From positions 1,017-65,016 of the forward strand of contig CACXMM010000032.1 in assembly GCA_902768785.1 (NCBI GenBank): a stretch of 64,000 nt of DNA, given 5' to 3'. Shown here piece after piece: positions 30,255 to 36,549 of the stretch (within the stretch, counting starts at the first letter, position 1; each line of letters opens with the position of its first letter). The notes under the pieces were generated by a model that ran no database searches, was not told the origin of the DNA, and saw only the letters and a program-made list of their open reading frames with translations. A program made the translations under genes and the position numbers. The DNA comes from an uncultured Prevotellaceae bacterium (GTDB taxonomy: Bacteria > Bacteroidota > Bacteroidia > Bacteroidales > Bacteroidaceae).

Positions 30255-30399
30255 CTTGGGGGTGCCCTTACGGGCAGAAATCCTACAAAATTTATCCAAA
30301 ATCAAACAAAATCTATCACCCAAAAACAAATCTATGCCACAGAAATTTGTAAGATTTGGATAAATTTTGTAGGATTTCTGCCCGTAAGGGCACCCCAAG
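30255..30399. repeat. 45-bp inverted repeat (one 1-nt indel) separated by a 54-nt spacer
   Basis: Left arm 30255-30300 is CTTGGGGGTGCCCTTACGGGCAGAAATCCTACAAAATTTATCCAAA. Right arm 30355-30399 is its reverse complement minus one G. Confidence 0.92.
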
Positions 30400-30435
30400 A
30401 ACTTTCAAAAGTAAAAACCGAAAATTTTCGAAGAA

Positions 30436-30527
30436 GCGTCATCTACGGGTTGTTCCGACGGCATCTATCACTCATTCCGCCGTCATCTATAGGGGTAAAG
30501 TGACGGCGGAACGACCCTTAGATGACG
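30436..30527. repeat. CGTCATCTA-type repeats at 22-bp spacing plus an inverted copy; nested hairpins
   Basis: CATCTA occurs at 30440, 30462 and 30484, with the inverted TAGATGACG at 30519. The inner 11-bp stem is TTCCGCCGTCA (30476) / TGACGGCGGAA (30501). Confidence 0.85.
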
Positions 30528-30550
30528 TCGGAAAGGGTGTAAGTAACGTT

Positions 30551-30627
30551 AACCTTTACTTGGGTTTAAAGTAACCTTTACTTGCCTGCAAGGTAACCTT
30601 TACTTTGAGTCCAATTAGCCTTTACTT
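30551..30627. repeat. four direct AACCTTTACTT (one AGCCTTTACTT) units at an exact 22-bp period
   Basis: Unit starts at 30551, 30573, 30595 and 30617. Confidence 0.9.
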
Positions 30628-30816
30628 GCACAAAAAGTGCCTTTTGGATATTTCCATAGCCTCCAACCTTTCACGTTCTCCCAATTAGAGAACTTTTGCA
30701 ATACTTAATTTTTTACGAATTATCTTGACAGAACCTCACGCAGAGTTAACGAAGTTCGCAGAGAATCTCAAAAGAAAACTCACGCTGGAGTGGGGTCAGT
30801 AATTCAATTCGTACAA

Positions 30817-31515
30817 TCAATGGGTGAACCCCAAGGAAAGCAGACTGAGGCATTGGGGATGGGCTTTCTGCAGCTCTTGTCCGCAGGCGATGAGGGTGGC
30901 ACCGGTGGTCACCACGTCATCGATGAGGAGAAGGTGCTTTCCGGAGATTTTGTCTGCGTTGATCAGTTGGAACGCCTTGGCCACATTCTCCTGTCTTGAG
31001 CGTCGGTCTTTCTGTGTCTGACTGTCTGTGAAACTGATACGCCGCAGGGCATCATGACAGATGGGGATCCCTGTGACCTCTTGGATACCCCGTGCGATTT
31101 CCATGCTCTGGTTATATCCGCGTTGCCTTTCCCTGACGGGTGCCAAAGGAACGGGAAGCAGGAAGTCGATGCCTTCGAAGAAGCCACTGCTGATCATCTC
31201 CAGGGCCATCATCCGTCCCATCTGCTCACCCATCTCGGGATGGTTGCCGTATTTCATCTGGTAGATGACTTGGCTCGACTGTGCGTGAGCCTCATAATAG
31301 AACAGGGCTGCTGCTTTCTCTACGGGTATCTGCAGCCAGAACGTCTTGGCCATCTCGTTGTCGAGGGGATGGTTCCAGAAAAAAGTGCGCGGCAGATGAC
31401 GGTTGCAGGAAAGACAGAGCGTCTCTTCTGCTACGCCTAATCTGTTGCCACAGACAGGACAGGCACGGGGGGAGATAAGATCGAAGAGTCGGGTGAAGAA
31501 GCTGATCATCGGCAT
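30817..31515 (-). CDS. comF: ComF family protein (phosphoribosyltransferase domain)
   Basis: N-terminal zinc finger CPVC...CLSC and C-terminal PRTase motif LLLIDDVVTTGATL. Confidence 0.85.
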   Translation of the reverse strand: MPMISFFTRLFDLISPRACPVCGNRLGVAEETLCLSCNRHLPRTFFWNHPLDNEMAKTFWLQIPVEKAAALFYYEAHAQSSQVIYQMKYGNHPEMGEQMGRMMALEMISSGFFEGIDFLLPVPLAPVRERQRGYNQSMEIARGIQEVTGIPICHDALRRISFTDSQTQKDRRSRQENVAKAFQLINADKISGKHLLLIDDVVTTGATLIACGQELQKAHPQCLSLLSLGFTH

Positions 31516-31528
31516 GTCATGTTTGTCG

Positions 31529-31996
31529 TTAGTCCTCTTCCACCTCCATACACTGGTGGATGATGTCCATGGTGAACCCCCGTTGCATGGCGAAGCGGAT
31601 CAGTTTACCATTTAGTTCATAGCTGCTGTTGGCATGTATGTTCTTCCGCTTGGCGGTGAGGAGCGGACGGAGGATGCTTATGTAATCATCGGGATCGACC
31701 TCGCCGAGTACACGCTGCTGGATCTCTTTGGGGATGTGTTTCATGAACAAGGCCTGTTCGATCTTCTTCTGTCCCCATTTGTTGTATTTGATCTTGTCGC
31801 TGACGAAGGCACGGCAGAACCGTTCGTCATCAATGTATTGGTGTTCCGTGAGGTACTGCATGACACGTGCCTGCACCTCTTCGGGAACCTCCCATCGAGT
31901 CATCTTCTCCATCATCTCCTGTGAGCAATGCTCCGCAGCGGCGCAGAGGAATGTCAGTTTCTGCAGTACTTCCTGTTCAGAATATGTCTTTTTCAT
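31529..31996 (-). CDS. recX: regulatory protein RecX
   Basis: Trimmed to MKKTYSEQE (31996), because the longer ORF overlaps prmC. It is a three-repeat helical RecX-like sequence (YIDDERFCRAFVSDK). Confidence 0.75.
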   Translation of the reverse strand: MKKTYSEQEVLQKLTFLCAAAEHCSQEMMEKMTRWEVPEEVQARVMQYLTEHQYIDDERFCRAFVSDKIKYNKWGQKKIEQALFMKHIPKEIQQRVLGEVDPDDYISILRPLLTAKRKNIHANSSYELNGKLIRFAMQRGFTMDIIHQCMEVEED

Positions 31997-32009
31997 AAAC
32001 GGTGTTTCT

Positions 32010-32897
32010 TTAGATTCCTTTTCTTCCCATGATGAAGCGATGCTTCCCGAACTGGTCATCCCTGACAATGATGTCGGTGAACCCTTCTTGACGTAATAGG
32101 ACTTGGAGTGCTTCCATGTAGAGCGGATTTGCCTCGAAGTAGAGGCTACCGCCAGGATGGAGGGTATGACGGGCATAGCGGCTGATGGCCTGATAGAACA
32201 GCAATGGCTCTTCCTCTGGAACAAAAAGGGCGAGATGAGGCTCGTAAGTCAGTACGTTCCTGTCCATGGCAGTCTGCTCACTGGGACAGATATAGGGTGG
32301 ATTGCTCACGATGGTGGACCATTTTGATGAGGGATGAGGGATGAGGGATGAGGGATGAGAGAGTATGTCGCGTTGTTCAAAGGTTACGTGAACATTATTA
32401 CGTCTGGCATTCTGTTGTGCAATCCTCAGGGCATCGTCGGAGATGTCCCAGGCGGTTACCTTCGATTCTGGGAGTTCCGAGGCCAAGGTGACGGCGATAC
32501 AGCCACTGCCCGTACCGATATCGAGTATGCTCTCTCTTTCCTCCTTCCTCCTTTCTCCTTTCTCCTTTCTCCTTTCTCCTGTCTCCTTCCTGATAATCCA
32601 TTGACACAGATCGGCGGTTTCTGGTCGGGGGATGAGTACGCCTGGCTCCACATGGAACGACCGACCGCAGAACTCGGCTACGCCCACCACATACTGTACG
32701 GGCTCACCCTGTAACAATCGGCTACGCAATTCCTTCAGTTCCTCCTCAGGTAATCTTTCCACCCCGCCACAGACAATATCCGTCATGGTCAGTCCATAGC
32801 GTACTTCCAACAGATAGCGGGCAACGGCTTTTGCCTCACCAGAATCATAGACGTTGGATAGGGGTTTCCAGAGCTCTTCATATTTCATCAGTTGCAA
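32010..32897 (-). CDS. prmC: release-factor glutamine N5-methyltransferase PrmC/HemK
   Basis: SAM motif LDIGTGSGC and catalytic IVSNPPY. It contains two heptamer-array-encoded insertions. Confidence 0.88.
   Translation of the reverse strand: MQLMKYEELWKPLSNVYDSGEAKAVARYLLEVRYGLTMTDIVCGGVERLPEEELKELRSRLLQGEPVQYVVGVAEFCGRSFHVEPGVLIPRPETADLCQWIIRKETGERRKEKGERRKEERESILDIGTGSGCIAVTLASELPESKVTAWDISDDALRIAQQNARRNNVHVTFEQRDILSHPSSLIPHPSSKWSTIVSNPPYICPSEQTAMDRNVLTYEPHLALFVPEEEPLLFYQAISRYARHTLHPGGSLYFEANPLYMEALQVLLRQEGFTDIIVRDDQFGKHRFIMGRKGI
32326..32360. repeat. heptanucleotide array GATGAGG x5 inside prmC
   Basis: Units at 32326, 32333, 32340, 32347 and 32354. On the sense strand it encodes HPSSLIPHPSS. 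Confidence 0.9.
32541..32589. repeat. heptanucleotide array CTCCTTT x7 inside prmC
   Basis: Units at 32541-32589. On the sense strand it encodes GERRKEKGERRKEE. All three minus frames are open here. Confidence 0.9.
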
Positions 32898-32976
32898 AAG
32901 TAGGCATTTCCACGGGAATATGCAAAGGTTCGGGAGAATTATTCGTTATTTATTTTGTATTGTTCTCGCTTATTCG

Positions 32977-32984
32977 TAACTTTG
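32977..32984 (+). promoter_or_regulatory. -7 box TAACTTTG upstream of ribD
   Basis: TAnnTTTG match 6 nt before the ATG at 32990, giving a very short leader. This is the same TTCGTAACTTTG word as at pyrE. Confidence 0.5.
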
Positions 32985-32989
32985 TTGCC

Positions 32990-33937
32990 ATGAATCAGCA
33001 AGAGATGGACGAGAAGTACATGCGGCGTTGCCTGCAATTGGCTGCCAACGGACGACAGAATGCACGTCCCAATCCGATGGTAGGAGCTGTCATCGTTGTG
33101 GGGAACGCGGCGTCATCGAGGATTATCGGTGAAGGCTATCATGTGCGCTGCGGAGAAGGTCATGCGGAGGTGAACGCCTTCGCTTCCGTGAGAAAAGAGG
33201 ATGAACCGCTGCTGAAGGAAGCAACCATCTATGTGTCGCTGGAGCCCTGCTCGCATTATGGGAAGACACCACCCTGTGCCGACTTGATTATTAAGAAAGG
33301 GGTACGTCGTGTGGTGGTGGGCTGTATCGATGAGTTTGCCAAGGTACAGGGTAGGGGAATCCAGAAACTGCGCGATGCAGGCATTGAGGTTACCGTCGGC
33401 GTACTTGAAGAACAATGCCGATGGTTGAATCGCCGCTTCTTCACTTTCCACCGTTTACATCGACCGTATATCATCTTGAAATGGGCGCAGACAGAAAACG
33501 GTTTCATCGATAATCATGGCAAACCCCTCGCCATCTCTACGCCCTTTACCAAGATGCTGATGCATAAACTACGGGCAGAGGAAGATGCGATTCTTGTGGG
33601 TCGCGTAACTGATGAGCGGGAACATCCGCAGCTCAATGTACGTGAATGGGTGGGTCCTGATCCTTTGCGAATGGTACTCGACCATAATCATCCGCTCGAC
33701 TTGCAGCGTCTTTACGACCAGCAGATACAATCACTCATCGTTGAAGGGGGTGCGAAAACGCTTCAATCCTTTATTGATCAAGATCTTTGGGATGAGATCC
33801 GTGTAGAAACTGCTTCTATCAAGGTAGATGACGGTACTCCTGCTCCGTCTTTTCCTGCCAATGCGGTTATTACCGACTGTCAGGAATACGATGGGAACAA
33901 GATTTCATGGTGGATGAACAGCCACCGATGTTCATAG
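32990..33937 (+). CDS. ribD: bifunctional riboflavin biosynthesis deaminase/reductase RibD
   Basis: Trimmed to MNQQEMDEKYMRRCLQLA. Deaminase zinc motifs are HAEVNA and PCSHYGKTPPC, followed by a C-terminal reductase domain. Confidence 0.88.
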   Translation: MNQQEMDEKYMRRCLQLAANGRQNARPNPMVGAVIVVGNAASSRIIGEGYHVRCGEGHAEVNAFASVRKEDEPLLKEATIYVSLEPCSHYGKTPPCADLIIKKGVRRVVVGCIDEFAKVQGRGIQKLRDAGIEVTVGVLEEQCRWLNRRFFTFHRLHRPYIILKWAQTENGFIDNHGKPLAISTPFTKMLMHKLRAEEDAILVGRVTDEREHPQLNVREWVGPDPLRMVLDHNHPLDLQRLYDQQIQSLIVEGGAKTLQSFIDQDLWDEIRVETASIKVDDGTPAPSFPANAVITDCQEYDGNKISWWMNSHRCS

Positions 33938-33960
33938 AGTTTGACTGTACGAAACAAAAC

Positions 33961-34428
33961 TTATTTCCTTCCGAAGTCAGCGGGAATCTCGCCCCATTGG
34001 GCGGTCTCCCATTTGATGATGGGATTGCGGAAGGTATTGGTGCGGAGCCAGTTCTCGGCACGAGCGATGATCTGGTGCAGTTGCTCTGTTTCGGGATTGT
34101 GGGGAAGGGTGGTCTTGCAGCGTTTCTTGTTTACCCAGAGGATGGCGTTGTAGCTGTCACTATAGATGGTCTTGCAGATTCCCATCTGCTGTTGTAAGGC
34201 CAAAGCATGGACAATAGCGAGGAACTCACCGATGTTGTTAGTGCCGTACATCGGTCCGAAATGAAACACCTGCTGTCCTGTGGCCAAATCTATTCCCTGA
34301 TATTCCATCTTACCAGGATTGCCGCTGCAGGCGGCATCCACCGCCCAAGCGTCCGCCCTCACCTCAAGAGGTAAGGGCAGTACCGTATCATTTCGATTCT
34401 CTGGTGGATTTAAATGATCAATTTTCAA
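33961..34428 (-). CDS. rnhA: ribonuclease H (type 1) family protein
   Basis: AWAVDAACSGNPG..MEYQG block and TNNIGEFLAIVHAL. There is no ATG before the catalytic Asp, so the only in-frame start is the TTG at 34428, inside a heptamer array. The start is uncertain. Confidence 0.7.
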   Translation of the reverse strand: MKIDHLNPPENRNDTVLPLPLEVRADAWAVDAACSGNPGKMEYQGIDLATGQQVFHFGPMYGTNNIGEFLAIVHALALQQQMGICKTIYSDSYNAILWVNKKRCKTTLPHNPETEQLHQIIARAENWLRTNTFRNPIIKWETAQWGEIPADFGRK

Positions 34429-34446
34429 TTTTCAATTACCAATTTT
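34419..34446. repeat. heptanucleotide array CAATTTT x4 between the argS stop and the rnhA start
   Basis: Units at 34419, 34426, 34433 (CAATTAC) and 34440. Confidence 0.9.
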
Positions 34447-34453
34447 CAGTTCC

Positions 34454-36238
34454 TTACATTCTCTCCGGCACTTCGATTCCTAACAGGGCCATGCCATTCT
34501 TGATGATCTTGGCGACGTTCTTGGCGAGGACGAGGCGTACTTGTTTCTTCTGCTCATCAGGCTCGTTCAGGATACTGTAGTCGTTGTAGAACTGGTTAAA
34601 GATCTTAGTCAGCTCATAGCAGTAGTTGGCGATACCGCTGGGAGAGTAGTCTTTGCCAGCCTGTTCCACGGCAGCACTGTATTCGCTCATCTTCTGGATC
34701 AGCTCGATCTCCTTAGGAGATAATTGACAATTGACAATTGACAATTGACAATTCTGGGTGGCCGCTTTCCTTAGGATGCTTCGGATACGGGCGTGGGTAT
34801 ATTGGATGAAGGGACCGGTATTGCCGTTGAAGTCAATACTTTCTTCAGGGTTGAACAGCATATTCTTGCGGGCATCCACTTTCAGGATGAAGTATTTCAA
34901 GGCACCCATGCCCACGATGCGGGCAATCTCGCGGCGCTCCTCTTCGGTGATGTCATTGAACTTCCCAAGCTCCATGCTGGTACGGTAGGCGTCGCTGACC
35001 ATCAGTTCCATCAGGTCATCGGCATCCACCACCGTTCCCTCACGACTCTTCATCTTACCATTAGGCAGTTCCACCATACCATAGGAAAAATGCACCAATT
35101 CCTTACCCCATTTGAAGCCAAGACGGTCGAGTAGGATAGAGAGTACCTGGAAATGGTAGTTCTGCTCATTGCCCACCACATAGATCATCTTGTCGATGGG
35201 GTAGTCGTTGAAGCGCATCTCAGCGGTACCGATATCCTGTGTCATATAGACACTGGTTCCGTCACTTCGAAGCAACAGTTTTTTGTCGAGTCCCTCATTG
35301 GTGAGGTCAGCCCATACACTGTTGTCATCGTGGCGTTCGAAGAGTCCTTTGGCGAGTCCTTCCTCCACCTTGGCCTTACCTTTCAGGTAGGTCTGACTCT
35401 CATAATAGATCTTATCGAACGCAACACCTAATTTCTTGTATGTCTCATCGAAACCGGCATAGACCCAACTGTTCATCTTCTCCCACAAGGCACGTACTTC
35501 AGGATCATTCTGTTCCCATTTCACTAACATCTCATGGGCTTCTTTGATCAGAGGAGCCTCTTGCTTGGCTTTCTCTTCATCCATGCCCTGAGCCATCAGT
35601 TCCTTGACTTCCTCGCGGTAGTGCTTGTCGAAGGCTACGTAATAGTCACCAATCAGGTGGTCACCTTTCTTACCACTGCTCTCGGGAGTCTCACCGTTGC
35701 CCCATTTCAGCCATGCCAGCATTGACTTACAGATATGGATACCACGGTCGTTCACAATGTTGGTCTTCACCACCTTGTTCCCGTTGGCGGTCATAATCTG
35801 TGCCAAGCTCCATCCTAACAGGTTGTTGCGCACATGACCTAAATGCAATGGCTTGTTGGTGTTGGGTGAGGAATATTCGATCATCACCAAAGGTGACGCA
35901 TCGGTGGCCGTCTTTTCTCCATAGTGGTCATGGGTATCAATGTCACCAAGCAGGTCGAGCCATGCCTCCTGTGAGATGACCAGATTCAGGAATCCCTTCA
36001 CTACATTGAAATCATCAATTTCCCTGCATTGTGCTTTCAACCATCCGCCAATTTCCTGGGCTGTGTCTTCGGGTTTTTTCTTGGAAATCTTCAGGAACGG
36101 GAATACCACCAAGGTGAGATTCCCTTCGAATCCGGCTTTTGTCTTTTGTAACTGTACCATTTGCTGAGGTACATCCTGACCATACAATTCTTTCACGGCC
36201 GCCATCACGGCACGCTCAATGGATCTTTCTATCTTCAT
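34454..36238 (-). CDS. argS: arginine--tRNA ligase
   Basis: Class I HIGH-type block PNTNKPLHLGHVRN and a DALR anticodon-binding C-terminus ending GIEVPERM. 594 aa. Confidence 0.92.
   Translation of the reverse strand: MKIERSIERAVMAAVKELYGQDVPQQMVQLQKTKAGFEGNLTLVVFPFLKISKKKPEDTAQEIGGWLKAQCREIDDFNVVKGFLNLVISQEAWLDLLGDIDTHDHYGEKTATDASPLVMIEYSSPNTNKPLHLGHVRNNLLGWSLAQIMTANGNKVVKTNIVNDRGIHICKSMLAWLKWGNGETPESSGKKGDHLIGDYYVAFDKHYREEVKELMAQGMDEEKAKQEAPLIKEAHEMLVKWEQNDPEVRALWEKMNSWVYAGFDETYKKLGVAFDKIYYESQTYLKGKAKVEEGLAKGLFERHDDNSVWADLTNEGLDKKLLLRSDGTSVYMTQDIGTAEMRFNDYPIDKMIYVVGNEQNYHFQVLSILLDRLGFKWGKELVHFSYGMVELPNGKMKSREGTVVDADDLMELMVSDAYRTSMELGKFNDITEEERREIARIVGMGALKYFILKVDARKNMLFNPEESIDFNGNTGPFIQYTHARIRSILRKAATQNCQLSIVNCQLSPKEIELIQKMSEYSAAVEQAGKDYSPSGIANYCYELTKIFNQFYNDYSILNEPDEQKKQVRLVLAKNVAKIIKNGMALLGIEVPERM
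34722..34754. repeat. heptanucleotide array AATTGAC x4.5 inside argS
   Basis: Units at 34722, 34729, 34736, 34743 and a partial one at 34750. On the sense strand it encodes QNCQLSIVNCQLS. Confidence 0.9.
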
Positions 36239-36265
36239 ATACTTTCGTGGTTGTCATTTTGGGTG

Positions 36266-36273
36266 CAAAGGTA
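36266..36273 (-). promoter_or_regulatory. -7 box TACCTTTG upstream of argS
   Basis: TAnnTTTG on the minus strand 27 nt before the ATG, with an ATTTCACTC word 30 nt further upstream. Confidence 0.6.
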
Positions 36274-36302
36274 CGAATAAAAAGTAAAAGTAAAGAGTGA
36301 AA

Positions 36303-36340
36303 TAAAAAAAAGTTTGGCGTGACATCCCGTCAGGCCAAAC
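36303..36340 (-). terminator. rho-independent terminator (minus strand)
   Basis: GTTTGGC-g-TGAC ATCCC GTCA-g-GCCAAAC hairpin, followed on the minus strand by T8. Confidence 0.7.
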
Positions 36341-36549
36341 AAAAAAGTATAATTATATTATGAAACGATGATAAGCTAACCTAATAACCTAAAATATCAA
36401 ATCTTTAACCTATGTAACTAATTACTTGCTTTTCCTTTCATCATTTATTTCCGTTGCAAAGGTATAAAACTAATTTGGTTCTACCAAATATTTTGACAGA
36501 AAAATAATCAGTTTCGCATATATAAGCTCATTTTATCTACAAATCGAAA

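Noticed and set aside
30255-30399. The idea that this block is the chromosomal oriC, based on DnaA-box-like TTATCCAAA in both arms.
   Set aside because: There are only two imperfect boxes, both created by one inverted repeat. There is no dnaA or other origin-linked gene nearby, and no AT-rich unwinding element was seen. I kept this only as a low-probability alternative inside the finding.
30204-30574. Two small ORFs (30204..30398 minus, 30356..30574 plus) with mirror-image peptides (DKFCRISARKGTP in both).
   Set aside because: They are translations of the two arms of the 45-bp inverted repeat, so they are an artefact of DNA symmetry.
30147-30640. The idea that the 22-bp periodic arrays are a CRISPR array.
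   Set aside because: The units are directly adjacent with no unique spacers, there are only about 4 units per array, and no cas genes are present.
32398-32653. ORFs 32398..32607 and 32456..32653 (minus strand), rich in RRKEKGE.
   Set aside because: They are alternative frames of the CTCCTTT heptamer array inside prmC. The prmC frame is supported by the flanking SAM and NPPY motifs.
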